Assembly (NCBI RefSeq): GCF_009914755.1
Contig: NC_060927.1
Direction: 5' to 3' (one strand)
Length of the DNA: 64,000 bases
From: the human T2T-CHM13v2.0 reference genome, Homo sapiens
Part shown: piece by piece, positions 28,710-43,470 of the stretch
Position numbering within the stretch: position 1 is the first letter of the stretch
How the letters are laid out: the number at the start of each line of letters is the position of its first letter
Notes under the pieces: generated by a model
Databases searched by the model: none
Seen by the model: only the letters and a program-made list of their open reading frames with translations
Told to the model about the DNA's origin: nothing
Program-made: the position numbers and the translations under genes

Positions 28710-30594
28710 CTAAATTTCAAATAGCTTGACCAAAAAAAAAAATTATTTATATTTTTTATTCTGTGGATTAAAAAAATCTTAATTATGTACCTGAAATTAA
28801 TCTATGATCTATCCTTTCTCTGCACTTAAAGATCAATTGTCCTAGATATAAGACATAACCATTTTTATGACATTGGCAAGAAATATACTGAAATGGCACA
28901 AATTTTTTTTTTATAAATACAGGATCTTGCTTCCTAGTGATAAGAACCATGTATAAAAGGAATGCTGTCAATTTCCAGCAGAAGGTAAAAGTAGTTCGAA
29001 ATTTATCCTGCAAATTTCTGTTGCTTCCTGACACGGTGCCCACAATTTTCCCTAGGCTTGTTTTATCTTGTTAGTCAACACCAAAAGTTGTAATGTGTAT
29101 TCAGTTATTTTTATTGTTTTGGTGATCAGTGGGTTGTGATTGAGGAAACTGAGATGTTAAGCCTCAAGTGTGAATGTCTGCAGTAAAATTAAAGTCTCAG
29201 ATTGAATGTAATATTAGGTGGTTAGTGGTTAGTCATATGCCTGTCTATAGGCCTCAAGAAAAAGACTAAAACATGTATTTTATGTCTTTTGTTTTTCTAC
29301 AGTTATGAAGCCTACTGAATATTTGATGGCTTGAACCAAGGCACTATCTTGCAGTGACATAACTTAGTTTCTATTGACATCCTATCTGTCACACTTAAAG
29401 AGGTCCAGACATCATATAACAACATGTAAACTCAGAAAATATAAGCTATACACATATACATTAAAAAATATAATGACAAGCCATTTACATTATGTTTAAG
29501 AAATGCCATAAATAAATAAAATAGCACTGTTAGGAATATTGAATATTACTCAAATAATCTATCTTTTCTATATCAAAAAAATCACTTTATGTTTGGATTA
29601 ACTCTTCAAACAGGATACTATTTTTGGATTTAGCTGTAACATTTTCAGAAGATTGTTCATAGATTTAGGTAATTACCAAAAAGAGTTTCAAAAATACCTA
29701 GTATTTATGAATTTAGAACAGTCTTGTCCTAAATATCCAGACATGACCTCAATCATAATGCAAGTAGCTCACCACTGTTTGAGGCTATAAGTGGGTCAAG
29801 GTAATAAGTAATTCTAAAATTTGTTCACTCGTGACATAAAGGGGACCATAATCTGGATGTTGCTCTCCCATGAACAGATGATTATTTTTAATAGAAGTAT
29901 TTCCATGGACCTTGAGTACTAGTGAGATGACAGCAGTGACAGAAGTGTGCCAACAACTTGCCCTTAAGTTGTATTTTAGATTGCTGGAATGAGCGGTATT
30001 TTTCTCTTATGGGATTTAATAGTTGGTTCTTGTGCCGGCACTGTAAGTTTTGCTACTACTTTTGTTTCACATTCTGCATGAATCTAATCATAGGATACTT
30101 CACTAGAAATAATCAAAATGAAGAGAAGACACTGGCTATAGTAACTTAAATATAAGATCATTTCATTAAAGTCTTTATAAATCTTCCCTTGAATAACTGC
30201 AGGATGACAGCAGAATGTTTTCACTGATTGTGATTGATGTTCATTTTTTATAATCATCTCTGTGATATCATCATATGCCTTTGGAGTTAAAACCTGAAAT
30301 AGGTTGAAATGTCTAAAATGATGTACACTAAGGTATTTCACATCCCTGTTCTTATCAATAAATGTGCAGAAAGCCCAGCTGCACACATTCCCCCATGCTA
30401 TTGTAGGGAAGGTTAGAGCATCTCAAAGGAAATACAGCAATACACTGTATCCTGAAGCTGTCTGAAACTCTGGCCATCTCCTACCCCAAATAGAAAACTT
30501 GCTTGAAGATAAGAATTTGTATCCAAGTCATCTGCCCCTTTCTAGAACTGTACCAAGGACAAAAGTATCTGTTTATGTACCTACTTGATACTAG

Positions 30595-30885
<291 letters not shown>

Positions 30886-33393
30886 TAGCAAGTTTTTACT
30901 CTGATAGATCAAACTCTGCTTGAGCTTCAGAATAATGATCTAGGAGACAGTCTCTACACAAACCATTGGCTAGACTAAGAAAAAAAGAAGTCTCAAGTAA
31001 ATAAAATTACAAATGAAAGACAAAGCATTACAACTGGTACCACGGAAACACAAAAGATCACAAAAGACAACTATGAACAATCATACACTAACAGATTGGA
31101 TCACCTAGAAGAAATGAACAACTTCCTAGACAAATACAACCTACCAAGACTGAATCATCAAAAAAAATATAAAATCTGAACAACTCAATAATGAGTAAGG
31201 AGATTGAATCAGTAATCAAAATTCTCTCAACAACAGAAAAAGCCTAGTTCCAGATAGCTTCATGGCAGAATTCTGCCAAACATTTAAAGAAGAACTAATA
31301 GCAATTCCTCTCAAATCCTTCTAGAAAATTGAAAAAGAGGAAATACTTCCAAACTTATTTTATAGGCCAGCATTACCCTGATACCAAAGCCAGAAAAAGA
31401 AATGGCAAGGAAAGAAAATTACAGGCCAATATTCCCGATAACCATAAAAAGAAAAATCCTCAACACAATACTAGCAAACTGAATTTAACGGCACATTATA
31501 CACCATGTTCAATGGGATTTATCCCTAGGATGCACAGGTAGCTTAACATAAGCAAATCAATTAATATTATATACTACATTAACATAGTGAAGGATAAAAA
31601 TTATATGATTATCTCAATAGCAGAAAAAGCATAGGACAGAATTCAACATCCTCTCATTATAAAAAACAGCTAGATAGAGAAGAAATGTACCTCAACATAA
31701 TAATCTATGACAAGCCTACAGATGTCATACTCACTGGTGAAAAGTTAAAAGCTCTGCCTCTAGGATCAGGAACACAGTAAGGATGCTTATTCTTGCCACT
31801 ACTATTCAACATAGTACTGGACATCCTATTTAGAGCAATTTTAAAAAAAGGCATCCAAATCTAAAAGGAAGTAGTAAAATTGTCTCTGTTTACTGATAAC
31901 ATTATCTTATATTGGGAAAATTCTATACATTCCACCAAAAATATGTAAGAGCTAACAAATTCAGTAAAGTTGCAGAATACAAAATCAATATACTAAAATC
32001 AGTTGCATGTCTATACACTAATAATGAACTATCTGAAAAAGAAATTAAGAAAACAATCTCATTATATTAGCATCAAAAAAGTAAATTACTCAGGCAAAAG
32101 TTTAACCAAGGAGATGAAAGATTTGTGCACTGAAAACTATAAAACATTGATGAAAAAACATTGAAGGCACAAATAAATGGAAATATATCTCATGTTCATG
32201 TGTTGGAATAATTAGTATTATTAAAATGTTCATAACACCCAAATGCAGTCGCCAGCAAAACTTTAATGGCATTTTTCACAGATACAGAAAAATCAATTCT
32301 AAAATTCATATGGAACCACAAATGATCTCAAATAGTCAAAGCAATCTTGAGAAACAACAAAGCTGGAGCAACACACCTCTTGATTTCAACTTATATTACA
32401 AGTCAAGAGAGTATGGTATTTATATAAAAACAGATACATAGAGCAATTGGACAGAATAAAGAGCTGATATATAAATTCATGTGTGTATGGTCAACCAACT
32501 TTCTATAAGGCTCCAAGAAAACACAATGGGGGAAGGACAGTCACTTCAATGAATGGAAAGTAATGATGGTACTGGCAATTAATGGTACTGAAAAACTGTA
32601 TACATGCAAAGAATGAAATTAAACTCTTTTTTATTCCATATTCAAAAATTAACTAAAAATTAAAGACAAACATGAAACCTGAAATTGTAAAACTCCAAGG
32701 AGAAAACATAGGGAAAAAGCATCTTGACTTGGCAATGATTAGATATTATTTGAATATGACACCAAAAGTACAGGCAACAAAAGCAAATATAAACAAATTA
32801 AATTCCATAAAACTAAAAAGCTTCTGCATAGCAAGGAAATAATAAAATGAAAGGGAAGCCTATGAAATGGGAGAAAATATTTATAAACCATAGATCTGAT
32901 AAGTGGCTAATATCCAAAATGTACAAGAATCTCAGATAACTGAGTAGCAAAAAAAAAAAAAAAAATCTAATTCAAAAATGGGCAAAGGACCTGAATAGAT
33001 ATTTCTCAAAAGAAGATAAACAAATGGCCTACTTGTATATTAAAAAATGCTGAACATCACTAGTCATCATGGAAATGTAAATCAAAACCACAATAAGATA
33101 TCACCTCACACCTGTTAGAATGGCTATGATTAAAAAGTCAAAAGATAGCAAGTGTTGGTGAGAATGTACAGAAAATGTAACCCTTGTACACCATTTGTGG
33201 AATGTAAATTGATACTGCCAGTATGGAATACACAATCTAGCAATTCCATTTCTCTGTATATATCCAAAGATATTGTAATCGGGACCTCAAAGAGATATCT
33301 CCACTCCCATGTTTCATTGCAGTATTATTCACAATAGCCAAGATACGAATACCACCTAAATGTCTACAGATGGATAAATAAAGAAATTGTATT

Positions 33394-33690
33394 GGTCGGG
33401 TGTGGTGGCTCATGCCTGTAATTCCAGAACTTTGGGAGGCTGAGGCGGGTGGATCACAAGGTCAGGAGTTCAAGACCAGCCTGGCCAAGATGGTGAAACC
33501 CCATCTCTACTAAAAAAAATACAAAAATTAGCTGGGTGTAGTGGCGAGCACCTGTAATCCCAGCTACTTGGGAGGCTGAGGCAGAGAATTGCTTGAACCC
33601 AGGAGGCAGAGTTTGCAGTGAGCCGAGATCGCGCCACTTTACTCCAGCCTGGGTGACAGAGTGAGACTCCGTCTCAAAAAAAAAAAAAAA
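33394..33690 (+). mobile_element. AluSg/Sx-like SINE
   Basis: Full dimer, poly(A), TSD AAAGAAATTGTATT/AAAGACATTGCATT. Confidence 0.92.
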
Positions 33691-33700
33691 GACATTGCAT

Positions 33701-33785
<85 letters not shown>

Positions 33786-33798
33786 ATATATATATATA
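33701..33798. repeat. (TA)n/(TG)n microsatellite
   Basis: About 100 bp of TA dinucleotides with CA/TG interruptions. Confidence 0.95.
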
Positions 33799-34301
33799 TG
33801 ATGGAATATTAGGCAGCCTTAAAAGAGAAAGAAATTCTGCCATTTCCAACAACATGGATAGACTTGGAGGGCATTATCTTAGGTAAAATAAGTTAGACAC
33901 TGAAAGAAAAATGCTGCATGATTTCACTTAAATGTGCAATCTAAAATAGTCAAACTTATGGAAGCAGAGAGTAGAATGGTTGTTGCCAGGGGCAGTGTGG
34001 AGAGGAAAATGAGGATGTGATGGTTAAAGGTAACAACCATGTCTGTTTACCGTTACAGGTAACAATACTGCATTTTATACTTAAAGTTGCTAAAAGGGTA
34101 GGTCTTATGTTAATTCTTCTTACAACAACAATAATCACGCCAATAAACCGGGTGTCCAGAAAACTTTGGGAGGTGATAGATACGTTTATGGCTTTGATGG
34201 TGGTGATGGTTTTGTAAATAAATACTTATCCCAAAGTCATAGAGATGTACACACTAAATATATACCACTTCATATATGTCAGTCATACCTCAATAAAGTG
34301 A

Positions 34302-34609
34302 TTTTGTTTGTTTGTTTGTTTGTTTGTTTGAGGCGGATTCTCGCTCTGTCGCCCAGGCTGGAGTGCAGTGGCGCGATGTAGGCTAACTGCAAGTTCCGCC
34401 TCCTGGGTTCACGCCATTCTCCTGCCTCAGCCTCCCGAGTAGCTGGGACTACAGTCACCTTCCACCACGCCCGGCTAATTTTTTGTATTTTTAGTAGAGA
34501 CGGGGTTTCACCGTGTTGGCAGGATGGTCTCGATCTCCTGACCTCGTGATCCGCCTGCCTCGGCCTCCCAGAGTGCTGGGATTACAGGCGTGAGCCACCG
34601 CGCCCGGCC
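34302..34609 (-). mobile_element. AluY, CpG-rich, (TTTG)n tail
   Basis: Full dimer ending GAGCCACCGCGCCCGGCC; TSD TGATTTT. Confidence 0.93.
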
Positions 34610-35289
34610 ATGATTTTTTTTTAAAAAGGAAATGTTAGAAAAGCTTCATGAAATAGGTAACTAATAAATGGAGCATTTAATAACAGAAGTGTGAATACTG
34701 TTTAAATTATTGACTTCATGAAGTGGAGATGATAATATCCACATCATAAATTTGAGTATGAAACAAGATAATATCTGTAGAGTACATAACTCACCACCTA
34801 GACTTTTCGTCCCTAGGACAGTTTCTGGCATAGCATAGAAGCCGTAGGATGTTAAATTTGAGAGAGAGTATTCCAGATGTATGGAAAAACCTAAGAAATC
34901 ATTTTGAAAGATGGAAAGGTTTTGGGTTAAGGAACAGAGATCATTCTGTTGTGGCTAAAACACACCATAGAACAAGTTTGTTAATTCAATAGATTGGAAT
35001 TCTTTCTTAAACAGACTTTAACTACCAACATAATTAGTAAAGTAACATCAAGTTATAATGTTTCAAAATGGCCTAAAGAAAAAGAAAAGAAGAAGGAAAA
35101 AAAGTCGTTGGTATCATACTCAAATCCAAAACAAAATAATGAAACTATCTTGAATTTCAGCTCACAGACAACCATTTATTTTCTTCACAAGTCATAAATT
35201 AAGAATTATTTACCTAACCTGTTAAGTTAAAAATACCACTCTATATTCAGAAGATACTTAATGAGATCCAGAAGAAATTGGGTTTTTGT

Positions 35290-35430
35290 GTGTTTGTGCA
35301 AAATGCGGATAATAGTAGTATCTACTTCACGTATTTATTGTGAGGATTAAATAAGTTAATAACTGTAAAGTTCTCAGAACAGTGTCAGACATGTAATAAT
35401 TTTTCAATAAACTTTAGTTGTTATTATGAT
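35290..35430 (+). mobile_element. MIR fragment
   Basis: AAAATGCGGATAATAGTAGTATCTACTTCAC...TTGTGAGGATTAAATAAGTTAATA MIR core. Confidence 0.75.
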
Positions 35431-36042
35431 GGTGTTTAGCTATTATGATGGTGTTCTAAATGTTGATCCAATGGATCCCAATGTTCACATTATGATAGAA
35501 GCAATTGCATAGACTTTGCATTAAACATTTGCAATTATTTTGTGATTGATGGATATCAGAGACAAAGTTTTTAGCGTTGCTTTTCATTCTGTGAGTATTT
35601 CTATGATACTTTGGTTTCTTTGAGACATGGTCATTGCCTATTTAAATTCCACATACCCTTCAATGTGCACCTAAACATATCTTTTCAATGAAGTATTTTT
35701 TGCCACCAACCCCCAATTCTGTCTACCCCCAACTAACTCCAGTAACATGACATAATTACTATCCCATTGGGAAAAAGTCTGTTCATTCACTGATCTTACT
35801 CAGTTTTGTGCGCTCTTTTGATTTTAAAATTCCTTGAGGTCAAGGATTATCTCTTATTCTATTTTTGTTTTTCTTAATGAGTGGAGAAAACCTGTACACT
35901 AAGAGTGCTCAGTAAGACTGTTGCATGCTTAGTAGAATTAACACAATTAACATGAGAAGTAGTAACTGGAAATGGCAATAGCAGGAGTAAGTTTTCACTG
36001 GTAGGGACAGGTTTTAATAAGAATAAAATATGTCAAGTCATC

Positions 36043-36435
36043 TATCGTGGGCTATCTATTGTCCCAATTTTGTATGTTGAAATCTCAATCACTAGTACCT
36101 CAGAATGTAATCATATTTTATAAAGTGTCTTTATAGGGGTAATTAAAGCTAAATGAGGTCATATGCATGGGTCCTAAATCCAATATGGCTGGCATTCTCA
36201 TAAGAACAGAAAGAAACCCCAGTGATGTGTGCATACGAAGACAGGACCACATGAAGGCAAAGCAGCAAGAGGGCAGCTGTCTGAAAGCTAAGGAAAGAGG
36301 CCTCAGAGAAAACCAAACTTGTTGGCACTTTAATCTTGGATTTCTAGCTTCCAGAAATGTGAGAAGACAAGTTTCTATTGTTGAAGCCAGCCAGTCCCTG
36401 GTACTTTGTTATGGCAGGCCCAGCAAACTAATATG
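36043..36435 (+). mobile_element. MLT1B-like MaLR LTR
   Basis: TATGTTGAAATC...AGTACCTCAGAATG...GGTACTTTGTTATGGCAGGCCCAGCAAACTAATA. Confidence 0.8.
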
Positions 36436-36537
36436 CCATCTAAGTTACCTTTCCAACAGATCTATATCAAATTAGTCAAGGTGCTCAAATAAAAGATACT
36501 AAATAAGTGAAGCTCCTGAAAAGCATCTTAGCTTCAC

Positions 36538-36782
36538 AGTTATGGGTTGAATTGTACACCTTCCTCACCAGAATTCATTTGTAGAAGTCTTAATCTTCAG
36601 TACCGAGAAGGTAATCTTATTTGAAAATAGGATAATTTCAGATGTTATTAGTTAAATTGAGATGAGGTTATATTGGTGTAGGGTAGACCTCTAATCTAAT
36701 ATGACTGGCATCTTTATAAACAGGAGAAGTTTGGGGACAGAAAAAGACATGGGGAGAATGCCATGGAAGTTTGAAGTTATGC
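36538..36782 (+). mobile_element. Partial MLT1B/C LTR
   Basis: GTTATGGGTTGAATTGT...CTAATCTAATATGACTGGCATCTTTATAA. Confidence 0.7.
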
Positions 36783-37218
36783 ACGAAGTTTCTCAATGGT
36801 TCAAAACAGGGACTATTAATTCCTGATGACTCTAGTTTCTCTTCCTATAGATTATAATGTTAGTTTATAAATACAATATGGTAGAGTCACAACTTTGAAA
36901 CTATAAAACTAAGAGATTTGGGATTTAGGTATTCCTTTGCCCCACTTTCAACCTCCCATCTTGCCTTAATGCCACTGAAAACACTCTTGAGATCTAATTA
37001 GTAAGTGTGTATTCTGGAACAAGAGAAAAGGAAAAGCAAATTTCACAGGCACATTGCCTTTCTACAGGCTTTTGATGAGCATTTTCAAAGAGATTAATTG
37101 TAACTGGTTGTGGGGAATTTATGCAATAACTCAACCTACTCTTAGAAAAGGTATTTGCCTACTAATTGACTGAACATTGAACTAACGGGTGAGTAACAGA
37201 TGACTAAATAAATACCTA

Positions 37219-37565
<347 letters not shown>

Positions 37566-38038
37566 ACATATTTATGGTATCAGGCTGGCCAATCATGGAC
37601 CATCAGAATATATTTGGGTTTTTTCTCTGAGATAGAATCAGAAATTCTGATCCTTTTTTACTCTCTGCCAAAAAAAAAAAAAAAGCCATTTACAATGAAG
37701 TTAACAAGGCATGTGATTCAGTGCTCCTTTTTTGCATTAGCCCCTTAGGAGAGGCCCTAGCAACATGTTCCCATGGTCAAATGGTTTTTGTAATACTTTT
37801 GGGGAAAAAATGTATTCTTTTTTCTTAAAGAAGGCCCTCGAAATTCAACAAATTTCTGAATCCACTCATCTTTCTAACAGCAACATTCAGAAACGTGAGA
37901 GCTTGATGCTGTCTGCCTATGTCTTCAGGAGAATGAAGGTGCAGGACCTAACTGGGCTTAGCTAAATTATGGCCCCATTTAACAGCTGATGGGCTCGCTC
38001 ATGGGTAAAGAGGCTAGAAGTGCCAATTTTTCAAGAAC

Positions 38039-38679
38039 TGATAAAGAAGATAGAAAGTAATTATTTAGGTAGATAGTGAGGGCAAAAGAGTCCTCAGCAG
38101 AACTTCTCTTCTAATAAAAGGCAGCCCAATAAATCATTTTTTTTTCCTAACAAAAAGCAGCCTGAAAGATCGAGCTGAAAGCATAAATAAGGAAGCCAGA
38201 AGCTTGCAATGGGGGATGCCTGCAGCTGCACTGATAGAAAACGGCTACCTGGGGGCCAGGCATGTCCACCATGGAAGTTCCATCTTCCCTGTTTTTGTTA
38301 GCACAAGTACAGTAAGAAAGAAATGGGCAACATGGAGAAACTCAGGCAGAGAAACCACCTGCAAAATAAAAGATTGGGGTGGGGGCTGCCAGAGATTCGT
38401 GCCGTATGCAGATGGCACACCTGGTCCTAACTTGTTTTTCACACCATGTGTAGATCAGACACCGCCTCCCCAGTAGCTCATCTATAAAACCCCTTGCATT
38501 TCACAACAGAATGGCAACACATTTTTCCATTACCCCTCTCTGTAGCAAAGAGCTATTCTCGTTCTTTCACCTATTAAATTTCTGCTCTTAACTTCACTCT
38601 GTGTGTGTCCATGTCCTTGATCTCCGTGGCCATGAGACAACGAAACTTGGGTGTCACCCCAGACAACAAGGCCAATTCA
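38039..38679 (+). mobile_element. LTR9-like ERV1 solo LTR
   Basis: TGATAAAGAAGATAGAAAGTAATTATTTAGGTAGATAGTGAGGG start, TATA CTATAAAA near 38482, ATTAAA near 38574, end CCCCAGACAACAAGGCCAATTCA. Confidence 0.8.
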
Positions 38680-38890
38680 GCATGGCCCCAGAAACTGATA
38701 ATGTGCTTTCTATGTCACCATTGACAGTTATCTCATACTAGGCCATGTACTCTTTTCCTTAGTTATTTAGCCATTGATATTGCCATCTTGACTCCTGCTA
38801 TACAGGAAGCGTTAAGTCAGAAAAATCAAAGTGGTGTAGACAATGGATTGGGGGACAGGAGAGGAGAGAATAAAAGTAGACTAGAAAATA

Positions 38891-39179
38891 TTTTTTTTTT
38901 CTTGAGAGAGAGAGAGGATCTCACTTTGTTACCCTGGCTGGAGTGCAATGGCATGACCAGGGCTCACTGCAGCCTTGATCTCCCTGGGGTCAGGTGATCC
39001 TCGCACCTCAGCCTCCTGAGTAGCTGGGACCACAGGCATGCACCACCACACCCAGCTAAATTTTTGTATTTTTTTTTTAGAGACAGTCTCCCTGTGTTGT
39101 CCAGGCTGGCCTCAGGCAATCCACCTACCTTTGCCTCCCAAAGTGCTGAGATTACAGGTGTGAGCCAATGTGTCCAGCC
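38891..39179 (-). mobile_element. AluJ-like SINE
   Basis: Antisense Alu with GCTCACTGCAGCCTTG, small internal deletion; TSD AGAAAATA. Confidence 0.88.
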
Positions 39180-41117
39180 TAAGAAAATAATTTTGAATAA
39201 GACTTTTTATAGGGAGAAATCAATCGATGTATGAAAATAAAGTTCATCTTAGGGAAATCACAATGGGCTTTTAAAATGTGATTGCCAATGTCTTTTAAAA
39301 GATATTCCCTTTCTGAAAAGCTTAAATAATTAATTTTAAAACATATTAGAAATATGTGAAGACTAAGATATGAAAAATCCTACACATGAATGACATAAAA
39401 TTAAGGAGATGACCAAAGAATTTAAGGCAATGACAAAAGAAAAAAATTTGAATTTCCATTTTAATACTCAAGTCTGATGTTCTTAAAGTTGAGTGAGGCC
39501 ATCAAAAATGAAAAAAAAAAATCCCCATCTTGTTTGATTTTACTTTTTTTCATTTCAGTAACTTAAAGCAAAGATTAAAATCTGCCTTATTTTTTTAAAA
39601 TGACATCAAATGTCCTCTTATCAGAAAACCATTATCTGCTCACTTAATATCTGAAGGTGATAATCAATCAATTTATCACCAGGTGATAAGGTAGCCCTTA
39701 TTACTGAGTCTAGATATGGTGGGTTCTGACTACTTATAGAATTATTACATAACTTCAACCAAATACTTATAAAAACTTGTGTTAATTAAACCTAGCACTA
39801 GTAATTAATTACCAATAGATTTTAATAAATAAACAAATTCAAAATATCATAATAAAAGCCTATGGAATATTCAAAGCAATAAAGGCATTCTATGATAATT
39901 AGATCTTTAACTATGGGTATTACACTTAAAATTATTTTTAAATTTTTATTTATCCTTTATGTTCCAAACGCCACTGCCACCCCAAATCCAGAAAATTGCA
40001 TTTGTTTTTCTGTTCTTCAATTTTCATAAAGGAATAAAATGTAATAACTGTTACATATTACATTTGTACATATCAATATACAAAGATATATTGTATATCT
40101 TTCCTAAAATTTATTATAATAATTTTGGGGGGTAAATCTATTCTCCTTTGCATTTTAAGCACATATTTTTCAGATGAATCATTATAGTTTAAATTGTGCA
40201 TCTAGCTATTACAGTTAAATGTCCATAATTCCCAAAATAAGTTCCAAAGAGTTCCTTAGGAAATGATCTAATTTGACATTCACTCAGAAATTAATCTCTG
40301 TGAGTGGTAACTCTCCTTCAGTTAACAATAAAATAGCCTACTGAATTTATTGCGTTTGATTTTGTAAACTGAAAACAAAGGCTGTCCTATAAGCTATACA
40401 ATTTAAATAACTAGTTTTCCAAATGCCAGTTATTTGCATAATGCTAATAGTACATAATAGATGCACAAAACTTTCAGCTAATATGTGATGTTAATGAGAA
40501 ATCACTTAACAATAAATTTCTTATTTAAATATCAGTTACTAACATTCATGCTGACAAGATAGAGACCAGTATGAAAAAATACCCTTAAGTATTCAATAAA
40601 GAAATCAAAATGTGTTATTTCAATGGTTTGCAGCTTGTTTCTGTCAAGAATAACTGATAATCAGGATAGTGCCAGAAGAAGGGTTCAATTTTCAAGAAGT
40701 TGCACCTGTGATTTCAGCTGCTGCAGGTCAATGGCAGACACTCAAGCTGAAATTACAGAAGCTATAAAACTGTTGACAGCAGAACTCAATTTTATTGTCC
40801 TCACATTCCAAGCGAGTACATCAGGAATAGGGTTAACCAGTTGCATTCCAGACTGTAGACACCGCTGCTTTACAGAAAGCCATAATTTTTTTGACACTCC
40901 TTTTAATATTTGACATTAATTTTTATTTGAATTATAATAGCTATCTTTAATTAAGTACTTATTATATGTCAGGCATCTTACCAGATTTTTATATATTATT
41001 TATGATTCACAGATAAACCGAAGCTCACAAGAGATAGTCTGCCCACCTTTCCAGCTACATAGTGATTTGAATTGGCCTGGTTGATTTGAAACCACATTAT
41101 GCTGTAACCCTCTCCTC

Positions 41118-41568
<451 letters not shown>

Positions 41569-41942
41569 GTACTGCACAACACTATTTCATTGAAAGCAAT
41601 TTAAATGACCCTTATGGAGCTTCTGTATCCTGCCAGTGAATTAAAATCAGTGACCTACTTGCAAACATATACAAACATACCATTCACACTTTCAGTAATA
41701 TGCAAACTAAGAAGGAGGGCTTGAGAAAAGCAGCATTCTGGAAAGCATTGCTAGGAAGTAAAGGATATCAGATTTGTCCTACCCGAATTCAAAGATATTT
41801 CATAATTTAGTGTCCAAATCACAACCATATTGTTTTCTTAGCAAAAATAATTACAGTAACTGTCATGTTTTATTTAAAAATCAATTAAATTTATCATTTG
41901 TTTATTCACTCAACCATTTAATGAGAATTTGCTGAATGTTTA

Positions 41943-42107
41943 CAGAGTTGTTCGCAAATTCTAGCTGGCATCAGAAGTACCAGGAGGGCTTGTTCAACCA
42001 CAAATTGTTAGGCCCCCCACCCCAGAGCTTCTGATTCTGTGAATTTCTAACAAGTATGCAGACTGTGCTAATGATACTACTCCAGGCAGTACTCTTGAAA
42101 GCCACTG
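41943..42107. mobile_element. MER5A-like MITE
   Basis: GCATCAGAAGTACCAGGAGGGCTTGTT...CCCAGAGCTTCTGATTC...GAAAGCCACTG. Confidence 0.7.
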
Positions 42108-42211
42108 ACTCTGAATATACTAGCCATTATACTATTTTGGAAACTATAATGAATTTGATAGTATTTTTTTCCCTAGAAACTTACATACTATTGGGCAACT
42201 ACAATGACTAC

Positions 42212-42782
42212 TGTCAAGTTCACGGCCACACCAAAGGTCAAGCTGAGGTCCAGAGGGAGTGAGTGAATGAGCAGAATGAACACTCGAGGGACACAGGCAG
42301 GTGAAAGATGATTTTATTCAGCAGCAGCTCTCATCAACAGCTTTCTCTCACACTGTCTGCCCTGTCTCGGCTGCTTAGTCTGGTGGCCTCCACACACAGC
42401 TGTGCAGTTGGCTCTCCCTTGCCTTCAGGGCCAGCAGCTTAACTCTTTTTCTCTCTGAGCACGAGCAAGCCGAGCTTGTCCTGGCTCTCCATTGTCTGTC
42501 TGCAAAGATGGACATCTCTGGCTTTCTCTCTCTTTCTCTGGGTGCCAGCAGCCTACACAGTGTCAACAGGGCAATTAGAGCTTTCATAGACAATAGTGGC
42601 TTAGAGTCAAGTGATGGCCTTCCCTATGTTATGGCTATGGTGGTGAGCTTCTCTATGTTATGTCTAGATGGCTATGATAACAAATGGAGTCATACACCTG
42701 CACTCTAAACTTGCTGAGTCACACAGGATGTAAACATCTACCTTGGCCTATCCTTGACCAAAGCACAGCCATGTTCTTTATA
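42212..42782 (-). mobile_element. LTR18B-like ERVL solo LTR
   Basis: Minus-strand start T(A)TAAAGAACATGGCTGTGCTTTGGTCAAGGATAGGCCAAGGTAGA; perfect 5 bp TSD ACTAC (42207-42211, 42783-42787). Confidence 0.85.
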
Positions 42783-43410
42783 ACTACGTAAATATGTGTG
42801 AGTTAGAAAATGATCATCAAAAAAGGTACAAAATTAATACTACAGGTATTCAAAATGCAGATACATTATTTCTAGCTACAAGATTCAAGTGAAATTTCAA
42901 ATAATAATGGAAGAAAAATGAAAAAAATGAATTGAAATTTGGGGAGGAGTCAATGTTGTGCTTTTAACAAACTGTGGATACAATCTGGACTTTTAGAATT
43001 TTATGGGCAAGGCATTCTTTGGATTAAGAATCACTGAATATAATTTAAGATACAGAAACACAAAAAATTAAGATTGACAGCTGCTTGATCTAGCAATGTT
43101 CGATAATTGGAAAATAGAAACTAAGGTTGGAAATAGTACAGGGTGAAATTAAGTACACTGGGCATTTATTATAAATAATGAGATGCTAGTTAAATATTTT
43201 AACAGAGCAGAGTTATAATCAGTTCTGGATTTTAGGAAGTTTTATCTGCAAATTATCATAGCTAAATTCCTGTAGCTAGTTTGTGATAGAGGTAGGATTT
43301 TAAGCAGTGATGTTTTATTATTTCTCCAAATTTATTATTTCCATTCCTCCATTTTGAAAATGTTTTAGGAAAGGGGAAAAATGATAAAATAGCAGTAAAG
43401 CAGGATGAAG

Positions 43411-43470
43411 AGATGGATGAATGGATATGTAGGTAGATGGATGAATGGATATGTAGGTAGATGGATAAAT
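43411..43470. repeat. 24 bp tandem repeat
   Basis: AGATGGATGAATGGATATGTAGGT x2 plus a partial copy. Confidence 0.9.

Larger units (their letters stand above)
30960..34625 (+). mobile_element. L1MA10/L1MB1-like LINE-1, degenerate ORF2 and 3'UTR
   Basis: Continuous ORF2-derived sequence with many stops; 3'UTR ends ATACCTCAATAAAGTG; interrupted by two Alus and (TA)n. Confidence 0.85.

Noticed and set aside
30084-30386. 100 aa minus-strand ORF in unique DNA
   Set aside because: Non-ATG start and no recognisable homology; consistent with chance.
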